Assembly: GCF_037042905.1 (NCBI RefSeq)
Contig: NC_087246.1
Coordinates: forward strand, 5,458,001-5,522,000
Direction: 5' to 3'
Length of the DNA stretch: 64,000 nt
DNA from: Lytechinus pictus
Lineage: Eukaryota
Each line of letters opens with the position of its first letter. Within the stretch, counting starts at the first letter, position 1. The notes beneath the pieces are model-generated. The model was given only the letters and a program-made list of their open reading frames with translations. It was not told where the DNA came from and made no database searches. Position numbers and translations under genes: made by a program. Shown here in pieces: positions 50,030-62,199 of this stretch.

Positions 50030-51090
50030 CCGTAAGTAACGGACTATAAACCGCACCCGTGGATTAACCGCACCCCCAACTTTGGACTTTAAAAAAAAAA
50101 AAAATCCTTCTAACATTTACATGTATTTGATGTACGAAGAAACAAAAACTCAGTTAAAGATTTCAAGGTATCCAAAGAGATTACCAGTATGCGGAAATCT
50201 GCTGTTCTTGATCAATTCATCTAAATGTTAGCAAGAAAGAAAAGTCCCGACAATATTGTCCACTTACACACTCACCTCACAGTCACAGTGTACACACACA
50301 CAGCACTGCCGTTCTTACATTGCAAACTACGATACGGTACCAGCAGTACATCTAATTATGATTTGTCTTTCCCGGCGTAGGAGGAAGAAACATTCACATT
50401 TCTTGCATCACAACCTCACAATCACTTTCAGAATTTGTCTAGCATTCGATGTCTTAGCATGAATTTTGGATACGAGATTACAGGAAGGTTCAAGAAACAA
50501 AGAAATTTGAATTTTTCCCAATTGTTTTTACGGCTTCGTGCCGTCTTTCTCGTACGTGGTGTACATGGTATCTTATGAAAAGCAAACGAGAAAGAAAAAA
50601 TAAGCTGGCGCGAAACGGGACTTTCGCGGCCGGGAGGGGTTAAAATAAATAGCGCCAGCTTAAGTCGCACTATACAACCACAATACAACGCAAGCTAGCT
50701 CTCAGCTCGCTCAACTCTCGCTCAGCTGTGACAAAATATTACCGAGTATGCTTGGTTTCTCTTTGAACTTAGCCAGGGTACTTTGCTGCTTTGAATCAAG
50801 AATAAAGTCGAAATTAGTGTCATGAAGGTGGGTGCGTTTGTTATGGACAATATTTGATTAAGATCGTAATAATCGCTTCCCATTACCCGCGGCTCATACC
50901 CCTCTAAACGACATTGCCCTGGGCTGCTACGCCCGGCCACTCGATGTGTTGTGAACTGGCAGACGTCTTACATGTTTGGGAGGGGTTACGGCGGGCTGGC
51001 TCCGACCCGTCACCGTGGATAAACTGCACCCCCGACTTTTGCTTCTATCCCGCCGAGAAAAAGGTGCGGTTAATAGACCGTTACTTACGG
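50030..51090. mobile_element. Same element family, copy 2, inverted relative to copy 1
   Basis: Same TIRs and TA TSD. The body is a diverged reverse complement of 47680-48897. Confidence 0.88.
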
Positions 51091-51196
51091 TAGTTAAGTT
51101 GTCTAACGTTACAGCCGCGCCTCCTGACTGTGTCTTTGTCTCTGGTCGTACCGTCCAGCAATATTATTAATGGGACCAACCGGACCAGGTCACACA

Positions 51197-52605
51197 TAAC
51201 CCAGGGAGCTCCGGCCCCCAAAGCGGGCCGGAGCCCAGGAGTCCATCGTGCATTTACACATAGACACGGGACTAGGGTAGATTCACCCAAGGGTTCATTA
51301 CATGCCGCCGCGCACAGAAAATTCAAGCCATAGAAGTCGTGTGTTGTGGACCCAAGAAGTGAGATCCCAGCACGCGCGACCCACTAGTTAGAAATCCACT
51401 GCCAAACCGGTTCGTGGTGCGAGGTTAGTATACTAATAGTAACCTCGCAATACATGTGAGTGGGGTAGATTCACTTGTTCACTGCAACCATCCTGCCTGT
51501 GGGGAATCTACAGGTAGGACTATGGCTAGACCTCGATACCGCGATATTTTCCACCAAAAGTTCATTCATATGCACCTATAGCTGAAAATGTATATAAGTA
51601 ACGACAGTTTCTTACCCTAAATTCCCGCTTTAAAACTGGCAATCAGGGGATTAACTCTGAAAGTTGACACTTGCGACTCGGACTAGTGGGCAGCCATCTT
51701 GGTAATGAATAATTCATGAAAAAGTGGCCGACGAAAGTCAGACTCCGCCCCATGACCTTTACGTCACACATTACAGAAGGGGAAAAGAAAGGAGCAGTCA
51801 AAGAAACAAAAGAAAAAAGGGGAAATAAAAAATAAAAAGAAAAGTAAAACAAAAAAGAGAGAAAACGAAAGAGAAAGAGATAAAGGAAAAGGGAAAAAAC
51901 GTCAAGAATTTTAGTATTCATAAACCCGACGTAAAAGAGATGATCTGATTGGCCAATGGTTTTGATACGCAGTTGAAGTTCTTCCAACGGCATATGTTTG
52001 TGTGTTATATCGACTTCAGATGAACGAGTGAATTAGGAGCTACACGACAGCCGAGGTAAGTTGCTGTTTTTTTTCCTTTTAACTTTATTTTTTCCCTCGT
52101 TTTTGGCAATAAATGCCAAGCCCAAGAGGGAATATTAATTCGCATATTTGTCCATTCATTTTCATATAGGCCTATATTTATGAAATAAAGACAAAAATCG
52201 ATGAGCCCCGTCGGGGGGAATTTGCATTGTACCTCCCCTAATGGTGGCGACACGCTAGCGATCCGTCTGTGTATGAGGAGAAATTTTTAAAAAAAATCGA
52301 AACAGACGGCTGCCAGATCACTTTGTCTTTTTGTGACCAAAATTACTAATTTCCATACAGTTGCAATTTATTTTTCATTAGTAACTAGGGAATAATTTTT
52401 ATAGTTGCCTTTTCCCTCGGTGTGTGGGAGCCTATATGTAGCAACGCCAGGCGTTCGGGGAGTAACCATACGTAGAGTATATGACTTTTACTCCTCAGAC
52501 GCCTCCAGGCTAAGTCCCGGGCCGTGTCTATGTATGTGTAAATGCACAGTGGACTTCTAGCTCCTGGGCTCCGGCCCGCTTGGCGGGCCGGAGCTCCCTG
52601 GGTTA
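51197..52605. mobile_element. Non-autonomous Academ-like element with 9-bp TSD
   Basis: TIRs taacccagggagctccggccc / gggccggagctccctgggtta, each with an internal GC hairpin. TSD ggtcacaca / ggtcaaaca (1 mismatch). Confidence 0.8.
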
Positions 52606-53444
52606 GGTCAAACAGAGTCAGAGTTATTTCGAACACATTAAAGTCATACGGCCTACTGATTTACACATTTACACATTCTACATTCGCCGTGACAAAATAA
52701 AAAAGGGGGACGACATAACACAATATAATTACCTGATTCATATCTGACGTTAGATATTCACAAGAAAAGTATGAAAGAATTTTGATACCAAGACATCTGA
52801 CATCCACGGTCCTGCCTGTAGTATTACGGTACCGCTACATGTAGTTGTTGTTGTTGAATATGATGGCGCGCTTCAATATCTCCAGATTATAGAGTACGTA
52901 TTTAACTCGATGCTCCAGATTTACCGCCCCAGTCGCAGGAGGTGTCGTCGGCAATTAAGGAAACTCCATAATGCGACGTCAAACCATTTGGTGATAAAAT
53001 ATATTAGGAGTCTATACATTAGTAAAGAATTGTCAAAATTGCTAAATGATTATTCGTGGAAAAGGGCAGATAAGCGCGCTAACTAAACGGTTCGTTGTGT
53101 ATATCCTATAGAATTTCATAAAATCTTTGCCAAAAAACAATTCAATATATAAAAATGATAATTGTTAATAAAAGCATGTGATATAAATGTGATTGTTCAT
53201 GGAAAGGACAAAACTTGGTTGGTGTTTATTTACAAACTTCTATGTATATATATCACTTCACTTTGTACCTGAAGAGTGGGAGCGGCGTTCTTGCTGTTCC
53301 TACGAAACAGATCTGTAGTGCATGAAGTATTTTTACTTGTTTGTTTATTGTTCCTATATAGTCGAGCACTCTTAACATGGTGTTTTGCACTATTCATATG
53401 TGGATTATATATATATATATATTAACCCCTCAAAAACGTTTGGA

Positions 53445-53860
53445 AATCTGAGTTTGGCCATTAATTTCTCCCAACTCCCAATTTTACACAATACATATGA
53501 CATCATTCTTCATTTAATTCTCTTTAAAATGATAATTCATGATTGTTATGAGCATGCAATCACGAAAAGAGCAGAATTCAAAAGTGTTAGATGAGGTCGG
53601 CATTGAAAAGCTGCAAAACGAGCAGAAATAGTCATGAAGGGTCTATAAAGAATCTGAGTTTAGCCATTAATTTCTCCCAACTCCTAATTTTACACAATAC
53701 ATATTTAATATCATTCAAAAGACCATTTAATTTTCTTTAAAGTGATACCATGCTTGTTATGATCATGCCATCACGAACAGAGCAGGATTCAAAAGGGTTG
53801 GATGAGATCTGAATTGAAAAGCTGCAAAACGAGCAGAAATAGTCATGAAGGGTCAATAAA
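53445..53860. repeat. Tandem duplication, 2 x ~206 bp
   Basis: aatctgagttt..ccattaatttctcccaactcc at about 53445 and 53651. Both units end gagcagaaatagtcatgaagggtc. Confidence 0.85.
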
Positions 53861-54373
53861 GAACATGATTCTTTTGTCTGTGTCAATAGAGATGAAAATC
53901 CATTCAAATCAAACCCCTGCTTCTTATTTTGTATGTTTTTGTTGTGGTTTAGGCCTATGTAGTGATGGTTCTGTGAGATAATATGGTTTGAGTCTTGGTT
54001 CACAAATACCCATGCATGTTTGTGTTTGCTTGCATGTGCAGAGGTGTGCTTGATTCCATGTTAATGTTGATGTTAAGGTGCATGAAAACAAAAGAAACCG
54101 CTGAGAAACTCACTCATCACCATGGAAAAAAAAGAACAGTGACTTTCGATATTCTGTCATTTTGCAACTTTTGAATTTTGACCTTGCCCCACATTTCAAG
54201 GCACTGCACCTCCATGTGAAACATAATCATAATATTATGTAGGGTATATCATTAAAAAAAACCTAAACGATCTATATTCATTGGTATCATTCACACATTA
54301 ATATTTACTAAAACCGATGAGGGATTTTCGAGGAGTTTTTCGAGGATTTTCGAGGAGTTTATATATATATAAG

Positions 54374-54413
<40 letters not shown>

Positions 54414-55088
54414 TAGCTTGACATGACACCGTTGATGCTCCTCGAATATATAGCTGGGTAATTAACTGATAAACTGATTATATATATCACGTGCCCAAAA
54501 AGTTCAATATCTGCTTTTTCATTTGATACCTTAATCACAGAAATTTGTCAAGAAGTAAAAAAGTTATGTTCCCTCGAAACAATGCTTGTATTTCCATAAT
54601 TTCATTAAATAAACGTGTTTTCAGCGGTTTCCCACAGAATCTATCGCACGGAATGCATGACTGATCGTCAACACATAAGGAGTGTCGAGTGATTCTGAAC
54701 GCTAGCTTGTAAAACCTCTTCATTTTATGAAATGAATGAAATTCAGGCCTTATTTCAAATAACCAGAATTTGTTATTTCTTGGCCATTTTCTGTAATTGA
54801 GGTATCAAATTAGAGAAGAGATATTGAACTTTTTAAAGGTTTTCTTTTTGAAACCAAGATACAGCCCGCCAACCCCTCTTCAAATTGTTTTTGCTCACTC
54901 ATACGTGAATGGGAAATAATCTAAGTAATTTCATATAAAAGAGGCGATTCTAAGCTTTAAAATGGTACGTCATTATTTGTCTATTGTATTTGTGATTAAG
55001 TTATTATAAATCATCGATAAATCAGTTTCGTTTTTTGTGGGACGCACTCTATATAATATAAATAGTCTTCTTCGGCATATGGAATAAA

Positions 55089-55394
55089 ATAATCACAAAT
55101 GGTTTAGAAAATGCCGTATAAATAAAATCATAGATTTTAAAAGGAGCATAGCTCTCAAAAATGAAAGGTAAAGTCACACTCTTCGTCAGTGCTCATGATG
55201 TGACAAAAAAAGAGAATTCAAAATCCGTTTCTGAAACAGTTTTTCACGACTGTTTCAGAAACGGATTTTGAATTCTCTTTTTTTGTCATATCATGAGCAC
55301 TGACGAAGAGTGTGACTTACCTTTCATTTTTGAGAGCTATGCTCCTTTTAAAATCTATGATTTTATTTATACGGCATTTTCTAAACCATTTGTG

Positions 55395-55399
<5 letters not shown>
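55089..55399. repeat. Near-perfect palindrome with ~150-bp arms, next to (TA)n
   Basis: 55089-55240 is the reverse complement of 55249-55399, with an ~8-nt loop. Confidence 0.92.
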
Positions 55400-55436
<37 letters not shown>

Positions 55437-57167
55437 GATTTGTATAGCGCACGTATCCACCTTGCTAGGTGCTCAAGGCGCTCCTATATTACCCCGGCTA
55501 AGCTAGTCTACCGATTCTGGTAAATATATTTTCCTGAAATATCTTATGATATTTTAAATATATTCATGGAGTTTAGGATGCACATCCTGTTTCACAAGCC
55601 CCCTAAATGTGAATGCTATAGTAATGGTTTGAATGGCTTATAATGATCAAACAATCGATCGAAACATTAATAAGCAAAAGTTCTTTCATATGTCGCACAA
55701 AATGAAAAGCGAAAAGTGAAAATTATTGCCCCCTTCCCGACTTGACTAATCCGATAAGATTTTCACACAGAAGATGGACGATGATCGATGAAACTACCCC
55801 GCAAAGTTTTTTTTTGTGAATTTTTGTTTTAAGTAGTTTGAAAAGGGGATGGGTTACTCTTTGTTGCATTTTTCCATTATCTCCTAGCACTAAAGAGGTA
55901 TATCTGGGATTCCAAGTCAGGGATCGAGAAGAGAAAATGTGTATTACTTTTTGTCCGTATAAAAATGACAGTAACCATTTTAAAACATGAGGCAAGTCTC
56001 TCAAGATCTGGGGAAATATTATGCTTTCGCCAAATGGCGTGCCTCACACAGTGTCTAAAAACCTACTTTTGGTGCACGCCTATACACTATCCAGGGGCTG
56101 ACCCAGCTTTTGTCAATAAGGGGACCTGGCCGGTTGGAAAAATATTTTCATCCATATTTTTTTTTCTGATCGGCTGCTAAAAGCTGATTTATTTATTTTG
56201 ATGGCGTATTCTTATACTAAAGACTGAAGTTTAAATACGACTTATATTTATTTATACAAATAAGATGAAATTTCTCATACAAGGCCTAAATAAATAATGC
56301 GGGTGCGAAGTGCGAGCTATTTTTTTATTTGTGGGGATATTTGGTATCCAGAGTGAGACCAAGGCTTGGATCCAGGTGAATGTTTGCAAAAAACCCAAAA
56401 CAATATGTCCCTATTGTAGTGTCTAATCCGGCTGGATCCGCGCCTGTTCAGACCTGAAAGTTTAAACATTTTAAGGAGTTTTAATAATTATATTATATAA
56501 TAATATAAGTATTTTCTCTCTCTTCTTTTTTACATTTCTTAACTATGACCATGATGTATGCCTACCTCGTTAATCAAACAGTGCTCTCTCACGCGCAGCG
56601 CGAGCTGAACTTTTTTTGAAATTCATATTCTGACGTGAAATCGCAACAATTTGCTACGTGAACTTTTAAAAAATCATGAACCACTGTGAACAGGACGTGC
56701 AAATAAAAAAAATAATGAAAGACTTATATGTGTGCGGGCTGAAATTTGTTTTTGTATACTTTCTTTAAAATGTGACATTTTAAGCGTCATTTAATCCAAT
56801 TGAACAAGATAAATTATGTATCTAATTGAATGGGCAATGCGAGCGCGAAGCGCGTGCGAAAAAAAATCTATAGTGACCTGGAAGATTTTTTCCCTCACCT
56901 TATGTTATTAATTTTTTCTTTCCTCTTCTCTTTCTTTTTTTCTCCTACCCTTTTCTTTTTGCGTGCTTTTCTCAGCATTTTTCTTTATTTGCGCTTCCAA
57001 TGGGGGGGGGGGGCACTTCGCCCCTGGATCTGCCTATGTTCACTTCACACCTTTTCATAATGATATGCCCCACAATCAGGATATTATCACAAACTACAAT
57101 TTGGACATCATGAGTTGATATTCTGCAGCTATATACCATGAGACCGGCCGATATACCAAACAAGATC

Positions 57168-57553
57168 TAATACCCCTTTCATAAACCCAATTATGCGGCT
57201 AATAGCAGCATAATTTGGTCGTAAAATCGGAGGAGGACCAGAGTTATCCGCATTAGTTTGATGCTGCAATTATCCGCATAATAGCAGCATCGGGACAAGA
57301 TTTTGAGTTTATGAACGTATTTCCAAATAATGCGGATAATTGCCATGGTGCGGTCACAAGGTCACCCTTTTCCAACACAACCGCATCGGAGGGGGCGTGT
57401 CCAGTTGTCATGACGATTATCCGCCTTTTTCAGGACGGGCGCTCGTAAAAATAATGCGGATAATTTTCGGAGTTTGTGAACGCAATTTTTATTGAATTAT
57501 CCGCATTACTATTAGGCGGCTAATTGGAGGATAGGTTTATGAAAGGGGTATTA
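57168..57553. mobile_element. MITE
   Basis: TIRs taatacccctttcataaacc / ggtttatgaaaggggtatta, with internal ttatccgcat repeats. Confidence 0.8.
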
Positions 57554-58089
57554 CAGTAATACTAGATCTCGTCGCGTGGTTAATTGCCAATTATCAAATG
57601 CTGCAAATAGTTTCATGTCTGATACATCTGCAAAATCGTTTCCAAACCATCTCTCCTCCTGTTCTCCCCTTCTCATCGTTCCTCTTTTTTTTTTCACTTT
57701 TCTTTTCTTTTCTTTCCTTTTCTCTTTTTTTCTTAATTGGACGTGACCCCCCCCCCATCTGTAAGCCATTGCTCTTCATCTTCTTCTTCGTCGTCGTCTT
57801 CCTTCTCCTCTTCTTCCTCTTTTCATCTTCTTCCTCTTCATACCTCATTTACATTGTATGTTTCTTGAGCAAAGAATTATAATTGTTATTCAATCTAGTA
57901 TAATACATAATGATAATAATACGTATTATTTAGATAGCGTCTTTTCCATTTTGATTAAATGCTCAAGGAGCTTAATTAGAAGAGAGCAAAACATAAAAGT
58001 AAAGAGAAGTACAAGAAAGGGTAAATTACAAAATGAGGAAAAATATCTGTCTTCAAACCTAGTACCTGCTGGTGAACAAATGCAATTTT

Positions 58090-60720
58090 AGATTGCCCTT
58101 AAAGGATGCTGCAGAGTTTGAGTTCTTCAGCTCTTGTGGTAGTGAATTCCACAGGGCTGGTCCGGCATGAGCAAAGGCTCGATCGCCCCAGGATTTTTTA
58201 GATAGTGGAATATGTAAAGCCCCTTTCACAATTGACGTACGATCATTTGCGACCTTTTGGTCGTGCGACAGGCTGCAACAGGCATCAATCGCTAGTCATC
58301 TCATAAGATCGCACAGAGGCTTTCACAGTTGCAACAGCTGTCGTATAACAAAACAACCAGTAAACCCCGTTGCACGAGTAAGTCGCATATACTCTTATTG
58401 TGCTCGTGCGATCACATGCGAGTGTTGCACGAGGGATTGCGAGTGGAACGGTCGCATACATGCGAATGAAACGGTAGTGCAATGTTGTAAGCCGTTGCGA
58501 TCGGTCTTGCAACAGTCTTATGGCCCATATTATCATCGCAACCAGTCGCAAGACAGGTCTCTGTACATGTAGGTCGCTTGCACATGTGCAAGTGTTGTAC
58601 GACCTCCAGTCAAGTAAATGCGACTACTTAGTTGTGCCACCTCTCGCACCAAGTCGTACAACGTTGAACAACACTCGCACGATGATCGCCCGACCGATGG
58701 TACGACCCCGGGTACGGCCTGATGCGAGTGAATCGATCGTATTTGATCGCGTTTGGATTTTGAACATGTTCAAAGTTCAGATGTGACCAGTCACGACCAC
58801 CTCGAGTTCGTGCGACCGTCTACAACGACTGCGAGTGCTCGCAAGACACCAGGAGATCGATCGTGCAACACCAAGAAAAAACTGTTGCAGGCGGTCGTAA
58901 ACTGGTCGGACGTCAATTGTGAAAGGGGCTGAACGGTCGCATACATGCGAAAGCAACGGTAGTGGAATGTTGTAAGCCGTAATTTCGATCGGTCTTGCAA
59001 CAGTCTTATATTATCGCACCCAGTCGCAACACTGGTCTCTGTAGGTCTCCAGCACATGTGCAAGTGTTGTACGACCTCCAGTCGACTAAATGCGACTATA
59101 CTTAGTTGTGCCACCTCTCGCACCAAGTCGTACAACGTTGAACAACACTCACACGATGATCGCCCGACCGATGGTACGACCTGTTGCGAGTGAATCAATC
59201 GTATTTGATCGCGTTTGGATTTTGAACATGTTCAAAGTTCAGATGCGACCAGTCACGATCACCTCCGACCACATCGAGTTTGTGCGATCGTCTACAACGA
59301 CTGCGAGTGCTCGCAAGACACCAAGGGATCGATCGTGCAACAACAAGAAAAAACTGTTGCAGGTGGTCGTAAACATGTCGTACGTCAATTGTGAAAGGGG
59401 CTTTAGAGACTAGACTGGGATGATCGCAGTGTGCGTGCAGGTTGATAGTGGTGTATAAGAGACTTGTTGTAATAGGGTGCGGATCCATTGATGATTATGA
59501 TAAACCAAAAGTAGAATTTTGAAAACTATGCGATCCTTTATGGGCAACCAATGGAGGTCTTTAAGAACAGGAGTGATGTGATCGACAGATTGACAGAGAA
59601 ACAATGCGAGCTGCTGAATTCTGAAGTTTTTGAAGTCGGGTAATTTTAGAGTCATGTATATTAAAGACAAGACTATTGCCGAAATCAAGACGTGAGGAGA
59701 TGAGTGAGTGCACAAGTTTCTCTGTTGCAGAACGAGTTAAATATTTTCGAATGAAACCAATGTTACGCGATTTATAGCGGACAGATTTACAAATACTTGT
59801 GACCTGATCTGACATTGACATTTGGGAATCGAAAATGACACCAAGATTGCGGCAAGAATCAGAGAGAGGAACAGGATTACCAGCAATGAAAATGGAGTCT
59901 ATGTTAACTTTACTTAATTGAGATTTAATTGGAGCCAAAAAGCATGAACTCACATTTACTGTGGTTCAGTTGGAGTGAATTTGATTTCATCCAGGTGTCA
60001 ATAGCAGAAATGCAATTTTCGAAATTGCGCAAAGCTTGGGAAGCTTGAATTTGGTCCGGTGGAAAAGAAACAAAAACCTGTATATCATCGGCATAAATAT
60101 GGTTATGAACAGGGTGATTATGAAAAATAAGGCGAAGACCGAGTAGGTAAATTGAAAATAAGATTGCAAACTGGACGATAATTCTTCAGGGATTCCCGAT
60201 CCAAAGAGGGTTTTTTTCAACAGAGGACGAATCAGAGCCGACTTTAAAACAGAAAGCACAGTGGCTTGATCTATACTGAGGTTAACAATTTGACAAATAA
60301 TTGGGGCAAAAGTGGAAGCGCAATCCTTAACTAGAATAGTATATAGGAACAGGATCTAATTGGCAAGATTTGGGAGGCAGTTTACGAATAAGGGAAAGAA
60401 TTTCATCTGCGCTGGTATGTTGGAAAGTCCCGAGGTAGGAAGAGGTGACTGGCTCTGATTAAGATGGCACGTTATGATGCTGTAGACTATTTCGAATTTT
60501 ATTTACTTTAGAGTGAAAAAAACTTGATAAATGTTTCAGCCATCGAACTACCATCGGTGTAAGTTGGTAGAGGAGCAGACTGCTTCCGGTTCAGAAGTCG
60601 ATTTGCAACGTAGAAGAGTTTCTTATGATCATTCCCACAGTTTTCGATGAGTCTGGTTTTTTGGCTTGTGAAACAAGGTAGTTCACACGGTCTCGCTGAG
60701 CACAGAAAGACTGACGGTCT
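58090..60720 (-). mobile_element. L2/Crack-type LINE relic (RT and 3' end), interrupted
   Basis: LKSALIRPLLKK, RNLGVIFDSQMSM, LISSRLDFGNSL, LQKLQNSAARIV, HITPVLKDLHWLPIKDRIVFKILLLVY, GDRAFAHAGPALWNSLP. Frameshifts and internal deletion. Confidence 0.88.
58218..59402. mobile_element. Harbinger-like non-autonomous element with duplicated right half, inserted in the LINE
   Basis: Left TIR agcccctttcacaattgacg. Right TIR cgtcaattgtgaaaggggct occurs twice (ending 58930 and 59402). taa/tta flanks. A diverged relative lies at ~42430-42780. Confidence 0.8.
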
Positions 60721-61330
60721 GCTTACATGGAGCTTGCCGTTGTTGCGCCATTTCCTTTGAAAAAAATGGGGTGCATGGGGAGATGACATGACATCATTAT
60801 TCATCAGTGACAAAATGTGCAAAATTCAGTGATTCCATCAAAATGATTCAACGTTTTTTACTATATAACTTCATAACTTTGATCAGATTTCGATGAAATA
60901 GATGTTTTGCTTGTTTAATATCAAGATGTCTAATTATTCTTAGTGTCACCAGGGAAGTGTGGTGTCACACTAGATAGCCCAAACTGGCGTATAGATGGGG
61001 TGGGGGGACTTCCTAAAAAAAATCACGACCAAGAAAATAAAAGAGAAAAGGAAAGGGATAAGGGTAAAATATGATATTATTTTCTGAATATTATGTCAAA
61101 ATCTATCACAAACTGTAATAAAAATGTAAAAGATTTTGCTGGCTCGCTCGCAATTTTTTATTAATTTAACGCGATACGCCATACCGAGCTCCCTCAAAAT
61201 ATTTGCCTCATTACACCACTGATATCCCATCTCCATGTCAACTCTCTGCACGTTGATGAAGCTGAGGGAATATCGCTTAAACAGGGAGCGAGTCAGCTCA
61301 GTCGGTAAAGCGTCTGCCTGTCGAACCAAA

Positions 61331-62199
61331 CCCTTACAAAAAATTCCTGCAGTACTTTAGTGGTACTCTGTTGTACCTGTGTGATACTTCTGTCATACAC
61401 GACGGTACCTCAGAATTACCACAGGACTTCTGTGGTATCACTCTGTGATAGTTCTGTCATACTTCTGTGGTACAGGAAAATATGAAAATTTCCTGCAATA
61501 CCTTAATGGTACTCTGTCGTACCTGTGTGATACTTCTGTTGTACAAAACTGTATATAGAATTACAACAGGACTTCTGTGGTATCACTCTGTGATAGTTCT
61601 GTCATACTTCTGTGGTACAGGGAAATATGAAAATTTCATGCAATACCTTAATGGTACTCTGTCGTACCTGTGTGATACTGCTGTTGTACAAAACTGTATA
61701 TAGAATTACAACAGGACTTCTGTGGTATCACTCTGTGATAGTTCTGTCATACTTCTGTGGTACATAAAAATATGAAAATTTCATGCAATACCTTAATGGT
61801 ACTCTGTCGTACCTGTGTAATACTTCTGTTGTACATAACTGTATACAATATCACTCTGTGATAGTTATGTCGTACTTCTGTTGTACATGAAAATTATAAA
61901 ATATCCTGCAGTACTTCTATGACAACCCTGCGATACTTCTGTGGTAAATGAAAATTTTGAAATTTCCTGCAGGACTCAATATAGGCACTTCTAAAATTCT
62001 ATGGCAACCCCAGTGCTATACTTTCAAAATTTCCTGCGGTACTTCTCATGCAGCCACCCCAGAAATATGACTGAAACTGTATCACAGACGCTACTGGTGT
62101 ATTTTCTGTGGTACAGTACATGAAAAAATTAGTTTCCTTCAGTACTTGTATGGAAGCCCTGTTTGTACCACAGACTAATTTTTTTATTTCCAGTGAGGG
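61331..62199. repeat. 145-bp tandem repeat (~3.5 copies plus degenerate tail), possibly inside a CCC...GGG-ended DNA element
   Basis: tatgaaaatt at 61481, 61626 and 61771. The block begins cccttac, ends gtgaggg and follows a truncated tRNA-like head (61284-61327). Confidence 0.8.

Noticed and set aside
57594..57882. Lys/Arg-rich and Phe/Ser-rich ORFs (also ~8760-9084, 51643-51993)
   Set aside because: These are translations of CT/GA-rich simple sequence.
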